Origin: an uncultured Peptococcaceae bacterium
GTDB taxonomy: Bacteria; Bacillota; Dehalobacteriia; UBA4068; UBA4997
NCBI GenBank assembly: GCA_965149945.1
Contig: CBCTTQ010000004.1
Coordinates: forward strand, 10,851-74,850
Reading direction: 5' to 3'
DNA: 64,000 nucleotides
Position 1 is the stretch's first letter. Each line of letters begins with the position of its first letter. The notes under the pieces are model-generated. The model was given only the letters and a program-made list of their open reading frames with translations, was not told where the DNA came from and ran no database searches. The position numbers and the translations under genes are program-made. This document shows, piece after piece, positions 29,401 to 38,351 of this stretch.

Positions 29401-29953
29401 CGCTGCCGTGGGATTTGAGTTATACTGCAAGATGGTGGCGGAAGAGGTAGAATCCGGTCTGCATCATTCCGCTTCCGAAGCACAGCCGGAACGAGAAACT
29501 CTGCAGATGGATTTGGGCGTTAACGCCTATATCCCCGACAGTTATTTATCTGATGGAGAAGTAAAGATTGAAATCTATAAACGCATCGCGGCATTGACCG
29601 GGGAAGAAGAAAAAAACGCGCTGCTGGCAGAGGTGGCGGAACGTTTCGGCAAACTGCCTCCGGAGGTGGAAAATCTGTTTGCTTTGGGAGAAATCAAGGA
29701 CTTGGCAAACCGTCTGTTAATCCGCTCTATTACACCGCTGGGAGCGGCTTTGCAGATTCGTTACTTTGAAGATCACCGTCTTACAGGCGGCGTCCTGGTG
29801 GCCATTGCCGAAAAATACGGGCAAATTGTCAAGTTCAATCAGAAAAAAGGATTTTCCATGGTACTTTCCGTTCAACATCTACCGGATCGGGCAAAATTGG
29901 AAATCCTGCGGAATTTCTTGCGGGATATGCTTGCAATGCAAGAAGAAAAATAG
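26468..29953 (+). CDS. mfd: transcription-repair coupling factor Mfd
   Basis: 1161 aa. Walker A GDVGYGKTEVA, DEEQ box IIDEEQRFG and the TRG region. Conserved position after pth. Confidence 0.95.
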   Translation: MRNDVLQCWHGLLAQERIRHSLAAKEQPMIVGLPECAKGLVVADLFSESSNALLVLVPKQDDVITWQQNLSALLPGEKVLTFPRLELLPFDVCAQNVEVAAARLRVLSALSKEEKVLVIAPIEAVARKLVPETAFQQSLFTLRVGEEREIADLAAKLVDMGYTREKMVDTMGTFAARGEIVDLFPLGASRPVRLEFFDTEIERIRYFNPDTQRSEEDWEGSLSLIPVREIPLPESVLRQGTERLRREFQNTLNKLEPTARKNLRQKINAYLESMAEHIWQDGMEHFFYHFYPEAASLLDYLPAGALVCLDESQKIVQTLEDCGEERFSYYDEMLNSGQILPGFIENFWETNHLLEQIDGFAHLSFLMLPTRSRVSYHQQLRFGMRFATGYVGQLDLFAEDMLIWQKQGYQIFFCASSSLRADNIRRLLRDREITAANVSVLPLTQGLEFPEGKLVILTEKELLGKVAKTKHRHRKAASQKGFDAFVDLKPGDLVVHENHGIGRFRGIERITVDSVARDYLHIDYAGNDKLFVPVDQMDLVQKYIGDEGAHPKLYRLGGNQWSRVKQKVRASVAEMADELLKLYAAREQAEGFAFSPDSNWMREFEDAFEYEETQGQLEAIADVKRDMESKRPMDRLLCGDVGYGKTEVAMRAAFKAVCDNKQVAMLVPTTLLSEQHYHTFLERFRDYPVEIGVVSRFVPRKKQTEILQKAADGRLDILIGTHRLLSKDIAFRDLGLLIIDEEQRFGVAHKEKIKKWRNNVDVLTLSATPIPRTLHMSLVGIRDMSIITTPPADRQPVQTYVVEYYPHLIRNAMEKELRRGGQVYFIYNRVQDIERVQREVQELVPDAEVLVAHGQMTERQLEQVMGEFIAGRGDVLVCTTIAESGLDIPNVNTLIVKDADHFGLSQLYQLRGRVGRSPRQAYAYFTYGRNKLLQEDAKKRLAAIRDFTELGSGFKIAMRDMEIRGAGDILGPEQHGHIAAVGFELYCKMVAEEVESGLHHSASEAQPERETLQMDLGVNAYIPDSYLSDGEVKIEIYKRIAALTGEEEKNALLAEVAERFGKLPPEVENLFALGEIKDLANRLLIRSITPLGAALQIRYFEDHRLTGGVLVAIAEKYGQIVKFNQKKGFSMVLSVQHLPDRAKLEILRNFLRDMLAMQEEK

Positions 29954-30007
29954 TAAAATAGCATTATGTGTAATAGCATGATTTTTTAAGCGATGAGGAG
30001 GAAACAA

Positions 30008-31132
30008 ATGAAACGGATGAAGAAAAAATTAGTGGCGTTTGTGCTGTTTATCATGACTGCGGTATGTTTGACCGGTTGCAGCAATGATGCCGCCATGATT
30101 GTAAACGGAGAAGAAGTCCCCCAGTCTGTAGTGGATTATTATATGACAACCATGTCTGCCAGCCTGTCTTCTTATGGCATTGATACGGAAACCGAAGAAG
30201 GCGCTCAATATTTGCCGTTGATTGAAGAGCAGACCGTCAGCACCTGTGAACAGTTCGCCTTGGTGCGTGCCGGCGCTAAAGAACGCGGATTGGAAGTTAC
30301 CCAGGAAGCGGTGGACGCCCAGTTTGAGAAAGACAAACAATCCTTTGAAAGTGAAGAAGCTTATCAGGAATTTTTGGAAACCAACGGTATTACTGAAGAA
30401 AGCATCAAATGGATCATCGAATCTCAGTTGTATTATCAAGAATTGTTCAATGATTTGAACAAAGATGTGACTGCCACCGATACAGAATTAAAAGCGGCTT
30501 ATGATGAAAACCCCGCCGCTTTTGACACGGTGAAAGTTTCCTATATTTTGATTCAACCGACGGATACGTCCGATGACGCGGCCTGGGCGGAAGCCGAAGC
30601 CGAAGCCAATGAAGTGCTGAGCCAGCTGAATGAAGGCGGTGATTTTGCCGCTTTAGCACAGGAGCACAGTGATGATACCAGTACCAAAGAAAACGGCGGC
30701 GTTTTGGAAACACCGTTTACCGCGGAATCTGAAGAATTTGTACCGGAATTTGTGACGGCGGCAGTCGGCTTGACCGAAGAAGGCAGCTACACTACGGAAC
30801 CTGTTCGTTCCGACAGCTATGGCTATTTCATCATCAAATTGGATGAAAAAGTAACCGGCTGGGAAAACCTGAAAGAAGAAATCGAAGAATCTTTGCTGGG
30901 TCCTGAAAAGGATGAAAACTTTACCAATTTCATGGATGAAATGATGGCCAATATTGTCTATGATAAAGAATATACCTATCAGTATACCACGGAAGACACT
31001 TCTGCCGATGGCACCGCGACAGAAGAAGATGCTACGACAGAAGATACCGCGACAGAGGGTACTTCTGATGAAAACGCGGCTGCTGATGAGACAACCGCTG
31101 ATGATGCCGCCGCTGAAGAAAACGCGCAATGA
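30008..31132 (+). CDS. PrsA/SurA-like foldase lipoprotein with a parvulin-type domain and an acidic C-terminal tail
   Basis: Lipobox LTGC. Parvulin-like segment VSYILIQ...GGVLETPF...GYFIIKL, in which both conserved parvulin His residues are replaced (Y and F). SD is GAGGAGGAA. Confidence 0.75.
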   Translation: MKRMKKKLVAFVLFIMTAVCLTGCSNDAAMIVNGEEVPQSVVDYYMTTMSASLSSYGIDTETEEGAQYLPLIEEQTVSTCEQFALVRAGAKERGLEVTQEAVDAQFEKDKQSFESEEAYQEFLETNGITEESIKWIIESQLYYQELFNDLNKDVTATDTELKAAYDENPAAFDTVKVSYILIQPTDTSDDAAWAEAEAEANEVLSQLNEGGDFAALAQEHSDDTSTKENGGVLETPFTAESEEFVPEFVTAAVGLTEEGSYTTEPVRSDSYGYFIIKLDEKVTGWENLKEEIEESLLGPEKDENFTNFMDEMMANIVYDKEYTYQYTTEDTSADGTATEEDATTEDTATEGTSDENAAADETTADDAAAEENAQ

Positions 31133-31198
31133 CGCTTGATTTGAGGGAAAGGACGCGGCAGTCAGAAAAAGCTTTTCGGTCCTGTAAAATTTAACAAT

Positions 31199-31238
31199 GA
31201 AAAAAAGAGCGATTTCTCGGAATTGCTCTTTTTTTTTG
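31199..31238 (+). terminator. rho-independent terminator
   Basis: Stem AGAGCGATT/AATTGCTCT followed by T9. Confidence 0.8.
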
Positions 31239-31522
31239 TCAAAAATTGCGGTATAATGATAGAATAGATAGTATATAGATTATATTGGGGGATTAGTGAT
31301 ATTTAGACGATGCTGTCTCTGAACGTTTTTTTAAACCGCGACAGCAACGGTGTCTCTCCAAAACGCCTCTGTTTTGAGTGTGGATCAAACGGTGATTTGT
31401 TGATCGAGAGCAAACGGTAACCCGAAAAAACAAACCTGAAAGACAGAAAATTTTTTCTGTCAGCGAACGATTTTTTTTTCAAAGGCGAGAAAGAAACATA
31501 AACGAGGGGTTACGGCATATAG

Positions 31523-34500
31523 ATGGAACAGGGAAAGCAGGTGAATGTGTTGGTTTATAAGGTAGGAATCGATGTGGGTTCCACAACCATTAAAGCGATT
31601 GTCTTAGATGAAGAAAATGCCATTTTGTACAAAACTTATCGGCGGCATTATTCTAAAATTGCCGAAAGTTTGGATAGTATTATCAAAGATATGGTGTTAT
31701 TATTGAATAACAAGAAATTTAAACTGGCTGTTTCCGGATCTGCCGGTCTGGGCATTTCCAAAGCCTGTCGTTTGGATTTTGTGCAGGAAGTATTTGCTTT
31801 GGGCGGTGCGGTGGAACTGTTGGTGCCGGATACGGATGTGGTTATTGAGCTGGGCGGTGAGGACGCCAAGATTGTCTTTTTGACGGGCGGTTTTGAAGAG
31901 CGGATGAACGGCACCTGTGCCGGCGGCACTGGCGCTTTTATCGATCAGATGGCGACTTTATTGGATGTATCCGTGTCAGAGCTGGACGAGCTGGCGTTGA
32001 ACCATAAGAAAATCTATGCGATTGCCAGTCGTTGCGGGGTTTTTGCCAAAACGGATATTCAGCCTCTGATCAATCAGGGCGCTCGCAAAGAAGATATTGC
32101 CGCCAGTATTTTTCAGGCAGTGGTAGAGCAAACCATTGCCGGTTTGGCGCAGGGACGGGATATCAAGGGCAAGGTGCTGTTTCTGGGTGGCCCGCTGTTT
32201 TTCCTGCGAGGCCTTAGGGAGCGATTTACGGAAACACTGCGTTTAGATAAGGAACATGCTGTTTTCCCTGATTTGGGGCAGTATTTTGTAGCCATCGGCA
32301 CGGCGCTTTATGCGGAAGAAAGCAAGACGACCTATGAATTTGATACCATGGTGAAAGCTTTGGCGGAAATCAAAAACGCTAAGAGCAGCAATCGATATTT
32401 AGAGCCGTTGTTTCGAGATCAGGCGGAATATGACGCTTTTGTGGCTCGCCATCGGCAAAATGATGTACCCAGACGGGAGTTGGTTTCCTATGAGGGAACG
32501 GCTTATTTGGGTATTGATGTGGGCAGCACCACCAGCAAAGTGGCGTTGTTATCAGAGAACAATGAATTGCTTTATACATTTTATGCCAGCAACAAGGGCA
32601 GCCCGTTGGAAGTAATCCAGCGGCAGCTGGCGGAAATTTTGACTCTGTGCGGAGATCGCGTGCGCGTTGCCGCGGCGGCTGTAACCGGATACGGAGAAGA
32701 ATTGATTAAAAACGCTTTTGGCATTGACTACGGTGTAGTGGAAACCATGGCGCATTTTTCGGCGGCGCGTTTTTTCAATCCGCAGGTGGATTACATCATC
32801 GACATCGGCGGTCAGGATATGAAGTGTTTTAAAATTCGCAATAACACCATCGACAGCATCATTTTGAATGAGGCCTGTTCTTCCGGTTGCGGTTCTTTTG
32901 TGCAGAGTTTTGCCGAAGCCATGGGTTATGATTTGCCCACCTTCACCAAACTGGGCATTTTCGCGAAGCATCCGGTGGATTTAGGTTCCCGCTGCACAGT
33001 GTTTATGAATTCTTCTGTGAAACAGGCGCAGCGTGACGGCGCGGAGATCGGGGATGTTTCTGCCGGTTTGGCGATCAGTGTTATCAAAAACGCTATTTAC
33101 AAAGTATTGCGTGTCAATGATCCCGCGGAATTGGGGCAGAACATCGTGGTACAGGGAGGTACTTTTTTGAATGATGCCATTTTACGCAGTTTTGAGCGGG
33201 AATTGGGCATCCAAGTGATTCGTCCCGGCATTGCCGGTTTGATGGGCGCTTTCGGCGCGGCGTTGTACAGCCGCCGTCAACACGAACGGTTGGGGAAAAC
33301 CGCTTCTTCTATGCTGAGTTTAGAAGAAATCAAAAATTTCCACCATCAGTCTAAGGCGGTGGTTTGCGGTGGATGTACCAACAAATGCAATTTGACAGTA
33401 AATACTTTCCCCAACGGGATAAAGTTCATCTCCGGCAACAAGTGTGAACGAGGTGTCGGCGGTAAAAGTAACAATTTGCCCAATGTCTATGAATATGTAA
33501 TCAATAAAATGCGGGATTTAATGGCGGCAGCCGACCGCAGTCGGGAAGCGGAACCGAAAAAACCTGTGGTGGCCGTTCCCGTAGTGCTGAATATGTGGGA
33601 AAATCTTCCCTATTGGGATGCGTTTTTCCGCGCTATCGGCTGGAATCCGTTGTATTCCGGCGAATCCAGTCATAAATTATACAGCGAAGGGCAATTTACC
33701 ATTCCTTCCGACACGGTTTGTTATCCGGCAAAGCTGGTTCATGGACATATTGCTCGTTTGCTGGACAGAAAGGACGAATTCCGCTGTATCTTTTACCCTT
33801 GCATGAGTTATAATTTTGACGAAAAGCGAGGGGATAATCACTATAATTGTCCGGTGGTAGCTTACTATCCCGAATTGCTGGCTTCCAATATCACCGGGCT
33901 GCGTGAAGCGGAGTTCCTGTATCCTTATATGAATTTGAACGATGATGAATTGTTTGTAGAAAAAACCGCTAAGTTTTGGAAAACCCATTTTGGGGCGAGC
34001 AAAAAACAGGTAAGGCAGGCGGTGACTGCCGCGCGAGCAGCCTACGATCGTTGGCGGCAGGATATTCGGGAGTATGGTTTGGCGGCGCTGGATGAAGCGG
34101 AGCGGAATCATTACAAAACGGTGGTGCTTTCCGGTCGTCCCTACCATGTGGATCGGGAAGTGAACCACAGTATTGACAAATTGTTTAACTCGCTGGGATT
34201 TGTGGTCATTTCCGAACGAGTGGTCAGCGACTTGCTGGAACCGCAAAAAGTCAATGTGCTGAACCAGTGGACCTATCATTCCAGAATGTACAACGCGGCG
34301 CGTTTTGTCAGCGGTCGGGAAAACACCGAACTGGTGCAGCTGGTTTCTTTTGGCTGTGGTTTGGACGCGGTGACCACTGACGAAGTCAAAGATATTCTGG
34401 AGCGAAACGGAAAGATTTATACTCAGTTGAAAATTGATGAAATCAATAACCTGGCGGCGGTGAAAATCCGCGCCAGAAGTTTGCTGGCGGCTATGGAAGA

Positions 34501-34561
34501 ACGGGAATCTTTCCCGCTTGCTCCCGAAACGGAGCGTATAGCGGTTGCCGCGGAAAAATAA
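31523..34561 (+). CDS. BCR/HAD-family multidomain protein: two BadF/BadG/BcrA/BcrD-type activase ATPase modules plus a dehydratase-like C-terminal domain (PlsA-like candidate)
   Basis: Two actin-fold phosphate-1 motifs (GIDVGSTTIKAIVLDE and GIDVGSTTSKVALLSE). The Cys-containing activase motifs and a CxxC..C region match 'CoA-substrate-specific enzyme activase' proteins. Confidence 0.8.
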   Translation: MEQGKQVNVLVYKVGIDVGSTTIKAIVLDEENAILYKTYRRHYSKIAESLDSIIKDMVLLLNNKKFKLAVSGSAGLGISKACRLDFVQEVFALGGAVELLVPDTDVVIELGGEDAKIVFLTGGFEERMNGTCAGGTGAFIDQMATLLDVSVSELDELALNHKKIYAIASRCGVFAKTDIQPLINQGARKEDIAASIFQAVVEQTIAGLAQGRDIKGKVLFLGGPLFFLRGLRERFTETLRLDKEHAVFPDLGQYFVAIGTALYAEESKTTYEFDTMVKALAEIKNAKSSNRYLEPLFRDQAEYDAFVARHRQNDVPRRELVSYEGTAYLGIDVGSTTSKVALLSENNELLYTFYASNKGSPLEVIQRQLAEILTLCGDRVRVAAAAVTGYGEELIKNAFGIDYGVVETMAHFSAARFFNPQVDYIIDIGGQDMKCFKIRNNTIDSIILNEACSSGCGSFVQSFAEAMGYDLPTFTKLGIFAKHPVDLGSRCTVFMNSSVKQAQRDGAEIGDVSAGLAISVIKNAIYKVLRVNDPAELGQNIVVQGGTFLNDAILRSFERELGIQVIRPGIAGLMGAFGAALYSRRQHERLGKTASSMLSLEEIKNFHHQSKAVVCGGCTNKCNLTVNTFPNGIKFISGNKCERGVGGKSNNLPNVYEYVINKMRDLMAAADRSREAEPKKPVVAVPVVLNMWENLPYWDAFFRAIGWNPLYSGESSHKLYSEGQFTIPSDTVCYPAKLVHGHIARLLDRKDEFRCIFYPCMSYNFDEKRGDNHYNCPVVAYYPELLASNITGLREAEFLYPYMNLNDDELFVEKTAKFWKTHFGASKKQVRQAVTAARAAYDRWRQDIREYGLAALDEAERNHYKTVVLSGRPYHVDREVNHSIDKLFNSLGFVVISERVVSDLLEPQKVNVLNQWTYHSRMYNAARFVSGRENTELVQLVSFGCGLDAVTTDEVKDILERNGKIYTQLKIDEINNLAAVKIRARSLLAAMEERESFPLAPETERIAVAAEK

Positions 34562-34574
34562 GGGGAGTGCGATT

Positions 34575-35915
34575 ATGACGCGTACATTAATTGAACATCA
34601 GGTACCGAGACCGTTGTTTACCAAAGAAATGAAAAAGGAATATACCATTTTGGTGCCCCAGATGCTGCCGGTGCATTTCCCTCTGCTTTTGGAAATTTTT
34701 CGGCAGGAAGGGTATCGAATGGAACTTTTGACCACCACTCATCGAGGAATTGTGGATGAAGGATTAAAAAATGTACATAATGATACCTGTTATCCCGCCC
34801 TTTTGGTAATCGGGCAGATGATGGATGCTTTGAAAAGCGGCAAATATGACATTCATAAAGTCGCTCTGCTGATCAGTCAGACCGGCGGTGGCTGCCGTGC
34901 CTCCAATTATGCTTATTTGCTGCGCAAGGCGTTGGAAAAAAATAACATGGGCTTTATCCCGGTCATCACGCTGAACATCAACAGCATGGAGTCTCATCCC
35001 GGATTTCAGTTCACCAAAGAAATGATTTTGAAGGCTATTATCTGCTGCATTTACGGTGATTTGATGATGGGTCTGAAAAATCAATGTCTGCCCTATGAAA
35101 TAAACAAGGGAGATACCATGGAAGTAATCGACCGTCTGACCAAAAAACTGGCGGAAACTTTCAAAACCAAGGAGTATCGGCGTTTGAAGCGGAATATGAC
35201 TTACATTGTGCGGGAAATGAACGCTATTCCGCGGAACGTCACAGACAAAGTGAAGGTGGGCATTGTCGGGGAAATTTATGTTAAATACGCTCCTTTGGGT
35301 AACAATCAGCTGGAAGAATATTTGCTGAGCGAAGGCGCCGAACCGGTGCTGACGGGAGTATTGGATTTTCTGCTGTACGGCTTTAATAACAATCTGGTGG
35401 ACGCGCGGTTGTATATCAAGGGTACTTGGAAAACCTGGCTGATAAAATTGCTTTGTGATTATGTGATGCATTTGCAAAACAAGATGACTGCCATTATTAA
35501 AAAGCACAGTAATTTTCGCCCATTGTCTACATTTTCTGATGTAAAAAAATCCGCGCAGGGTATTATCAGCGATGGGGTAAAGATGGGAGAAGGTTGGTTG
35601 CTGACGGGAGAAATGGTGGAATTTATCCAACATGGTATCAATAACATCATTACGACCCAGCCCTTTGGCTGTTTGCCCAATCACATTGTGGCGAAAGGGA
35701 TGATCCGTAATATCAAAACGAAATATCCCAACGCTAATATTGTGGCTATTGACTATGACCCCGGCGCCACTCGCACCAATCAGGAAAATCGTATCAAATT
35801 GATGCTTTCCAACGCGGTCAGTCATAAAAAAATTCAGTCGGAAAAAAAGGTTCATACAGAAACAGCAGCAGCGGAACCTCCGCGGCCCAAGGAGCCTAAG
35901 AGTTACTTGGCTTGA
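34575..35915 (+). CDS. 2-hydroxyacyl-CoA-dehydratase-like subunit (activase-related protein; PlsR-like candidate)
   Basis: ATG 34575 is preceded by AAGGGGAG, 14 nt after the upstream stop. Motifs NDTCYPALL, GGGCRASNY and QPFGCLPNH are typical of the family. Confidence 0.75.
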   Translation: MTRTLIEHQVPRPLFTKEMKKEYTILVPQMLPVHFPLLLEIFRQEGYRMELLTTTHRGIVDEGLKNVHNDTCYPALLVIGQMMDALKSGKYDIHKVALLISQTGGGCRASNYAYLLRKALEKNNMGFIPVITLNINSMESHPGFQFTKEMILKAIICCIYGDLMMGLKNQCLPYEINKGDTMEVIDRLTKKLAETFKTKEYRRLKRNMTYIVREMNAIPRNVTDKVKVGIVGEIYVKYAPLGNNQLEEYLLSEGAEPVLTGVLDFLLYGFNNNLVDARLYIKGTWKTWLIKLLCDYVMHLQNKMTAIIKKHSNFRPLSTFSDVKKSAQGIISDGVKMGEGWLLTGEMVEFIQHGINNIITTQPFGCLPNHIVAKGMIRNIKTKYPNANIVAIDYDPGATRTNQENRIKLMLSNAVSHKKIQSEKKVHTETAAAEPPRPKEPKSYLA

Positions 35916-35966
35916 TCGCCGTCGGTTGAAAACTCGTCGGAATACAAAAAAACTATTTGTTTGATT

Positions 35967-36006
35967 AAAAGACGTCATGATTAACTTCATGACGTCCTCT
36001 TTTTTA
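35967..36006 (+). terminator. rho-independent terminator
   Basis: Perfect 10-bp stem GACGTCATGA/TCATGACGTC followed by a T tract. Confidence 0.85.
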
Positions 36007-36135
36007 GCGTGCGGTCATAATTTCACAAAAGGTAGTCCATACTGTATGGTTTGGAACGGTTGTCGCCCCGAGCGCCATAATTTGAGAGTAAGTTTTGCTA
36101 AAATTTTCCCCTGATCATTGTTTGACGGACAAAAC

Positions 36136-36164
36136 TTGCTTTTTCCCGCGGGAAAGTGTAGAAT
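36136..36164 (+). promoter_or_regulatory. promoter candidate with a palindromic spacer
   Basis: TTGCTT, 17-nt spacer, TAGAAT (TG-extended). The spacer contains the 14-bp perfect palindrome TTTCCCGCGGGAAA (36142-36155). Confidence 0.45.
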
Positions 36165-36239
36165 ATAAAATAGATATTTTTTATGAAAAAGATTTTGGAA
36201 CAATGATCAAATACGATCATTGGGAAAGTTGGGATAGTA

Positions 36240-37343
36240 ATGAGAAGAAAAACTTTGAGAGAACGTCAGCAGAAGAAAGCCATGCGAGAAGCGCGTCGCC
36301 AAGGGCGGCAAAAAGCCCGCGATGCCCAGCATCAGTGGGACAACAATCCTGCCCATATGGCTAATGCCGATGAAACCGCTATGGATATGGAACAGGAAGC
36401 TGACGAGATTGATAAAACTTTTTCCGCCATTGAAGATATCGCGGAAAAATTGGGGATTGAGGCGCCTCTCGCGGAAGAACCCGTCGAAGAAGCGGAAGAA
36501 CCGGCGAAAATCCCCGCCCAAGAAGAAGTGGTGGAGTTGTCTGCCTTTGATCATTTCCGCAAAAGAAACAAAGACGGTTATCAGAGTCGGGACAACGGGC
36601 GCTTGTTTAAATTGTATAATGTCAATCTGTTGCTGCGGATCGTTTTGTTTGTTTTGGTATTGGTTTTTGTGATTCGGGATCATGACGCGATCGTGAACGC
36701 CATTTATGCCAATCCTTTGGATGGATTTAATTGGTTGATGGTTCTTTGGGGTTTGATGGTGCTGACCATTTTACTCCGTTTTGTGCCGGGTCCTGTTTCC
36801 AATCCCGGTTATCAGAAGCAGTTTTTGCGTCATTTTGCTGCTTCTTCTGATTTTGACGAGGAAAATATTCGCATTAAACGCACCATCAAGCGAGCCAACC
36901 GCGGCGCCTGGAAAGTGTTGGGCTGTTGGGCGCTGCTCAATGCCCTGATCGGGATTTTGTATTGGCTGGGTATTTTGGATGAAGCGGGGCTGCTTTTGAT
37001 CGCATTGCTGTATGCCATTGGAGATGTGGTATGTATTTTGTACTATTGCCCATTCCAACATTTGTTGATGAAAAATCGTTGTTGTATGACTTGCCGCATC
37101 TATAACTGGGATTTCTTCATGATATGCACCCCTTTGCTGTTTATTCCTTCTTGGTTGACCTGGAGTTTAGTGGCGATTTCTCTGTTGGTGTTGATTCGCT
37201 GGGAATATATTTATAAACACCATCCGGAACGCTTTTTTGGCGCTACCAACGGCAAGTTGCGCTGTGTTTCCTGCGCGTCAAAACTGTGCCGCTATAAATT
37301 TCCGGCGACTGCTACCGCCAAACAACTTTTTAATCGTAAGTAA
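36240..37343 (+). CDS. hypothetical membrane protein: highly charged N-terminal region plus a Cys-rich polytopic C-terminal domain
   Basis: 367 aa with about 5-6 TM helices and Cys clusters CILYYCPFQHLLMKNRCCMTCRIYNWD and CVSCASKLC. Weak SD, so the start is uncertain. Confidence 0.55.
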   Translation: MRRKTLRERQQKKAMREARRQGRQKARDAQHQWDNNPAHMANADETAMDMEQEADEIDKTFSAIEDIAEKLGIEAPLAEEPVEEAEEPAKIPAQEEVVELSAFDHFRKRNKDGYQSRDNGRLFKLYNVNLLLRIVLFVLVLVFVIRDHDAIVNAIYANPLDGFNWLMVLWGLMVLTILLRFVPGPVSNPGYQKQFLRHFAASSDFDEENIRIKRTIKRANRGAWKVLGCWALLNALIGILYWLGILDEAGLLLIALLYAIGDVVCILYYCPFQHLLMKNRCCMTCRIYNWDFFMICTPLLFIPSWLTWSLVAISLLVLIRWEYIYKHHPERFFGATNGKLRCVSCASKLCRYKFPATATAKQLFNRK

Positions 37344-37382
37344 GCGGACGATGTGACGGCATTCTCGTCAAAGAAATATAAA

Positions 37383-37446
37383 ACGCCCCGTTGGGTTTTG
37401 GAGAAGCGATGTTTGCTTTTCGGCTCGAACGGGGTATTTTTTATTT
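37383..37446 (+). terminator. long imperfect hairpin terminator
   Basis: CCCCGTT...AACGGGG closes a roughly 45-nt imperfect hairpin, followed by a T-rich tract. Confidence 0.6.
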
Positions 37447-37625
37447 TCTGTAAAAAAGTCTAAACATTTGAGAAAAAAGGAATCGGTGTTGCGGACCGTT
37501 TCTGTTTGTCGGAGCGAAAAGGAGGAAGGTATAAAATCTCATTTTTGACAAACACTAGCAGTAGATGGTAGACAACAGCCGTTGAGCGTGTTGTAATTTT
37601 TTGCACAAAAAGGAGCGTTAGGTAG

Positions 37626-38162
37626 ATGAAAGCGACAGGAATTGTGAGAAGAATTGACGATTTGGGGCGGGTGGTGATTCCCAAAGAAATCCGTCGTACC
37701 ATGCGAATTCGAGAAGGAGAACCTCTTGAAATTTATGTGGATAACGACGGAGAGGTGATTTTAAAAAAATACTCCCCTATGGGAGAATTATCTTTGTTTT
37801 CCAAAGAATATGCTGAGGCCATGAATCAGACAGTGGGGCATGTGGTCTGCATTTCCGATCGGGATGTGATGATTGCCGTCAGCGGCGGCATGAAAAAAGA
37901 ATTGATGGGCAAAACGGTGGGAGAGGACATCGAGCAAGCCATGGAAAGCCGTAAACCTCTGATGGGTAAGCACCATATACTGGTTAAAGACCAGCCCGAA
38001 GAAGGACTGGGAGACAGTATCATTGCCCCCATTGTGGTGCAGGGCGACCCCATTGGTTCAGTGGTGATCTGCGCCCGTGATGAAACTGGCAAACTCGGCG
38101 AAGTGGAAGAAAAATTGGCGGAGACTGCCGCTAATTTTTTAGCAAAACAAATGGAACAGTAA
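37626..38162 (+). CDS. spoVT: stage V sporulation protein T (AbrB-family SpoVT)
   Basis: MKATGIVRRIDDLGRVVIPKEIRRTMRIREGEPLEI swapped-hairpin N-domain plus a GAF-like C-domain; 178 aa. Confidence 0.92.
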   Translation: MKATGIVRRIDDLGRVVIPKEIRRTMRIREGEPLEIYVDNDGEVILKKYSPMGELSLFSKEYAEAMNQTVGHVVCISDRDVMIAVSGGMKKELMGKTVGEDIEQAMESRKPLMGKHHILVKDQPEEGLGDSIIAPIVVQGDPIGSVVICARDETGKLGEVEEKLAETAANFLAKQMEQ

Positions 38163-38186
38163 CAGAATGGCGCGAGAGAGACGCCG

Positions 38187-38217
38187 ACGCCGCGGGAAAA
38201 TCCCGCGGCGTTTTTTA
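38187..38217 (+). terminator. rho-independent terminator of spoVT
   Basis: Stem CGCCGCGGGA/TCCCGCGGCG with loop AAA, followed by T6. Confidence 0.9.
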
Positions 38218-38322
38218 TTGGCGTTTGCGGAATATCAAGACCTTTCTGGAAAAGCATCGTCCTTCCTTTTCTTGAGTCGTAAAGGAAATTTAAAAAAAAG
38301 AATTTTTTTTTTTGATTTTCTA

Positions 38323-38351
38323 TTGACAAAAAGGGGGTTTCTGTGTATTAT
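38323..38351 (+). promoter_or_regulatory. sigma-A-type promoter of the GntR-ABC operon
   Basis: TTGACA, 17-nt spacer, TATTAT. Confidence 0.6.

Noticed and set aside
37500-37625. A forespore sigma-G/F-type promoter upstream of spoVT (GTATA...CACTA region).
   Set aside because: The match to -35 GnATR / -10 CAtnnTA at the proper spacing was too loose to call by eye, so it is not reported as a feature.
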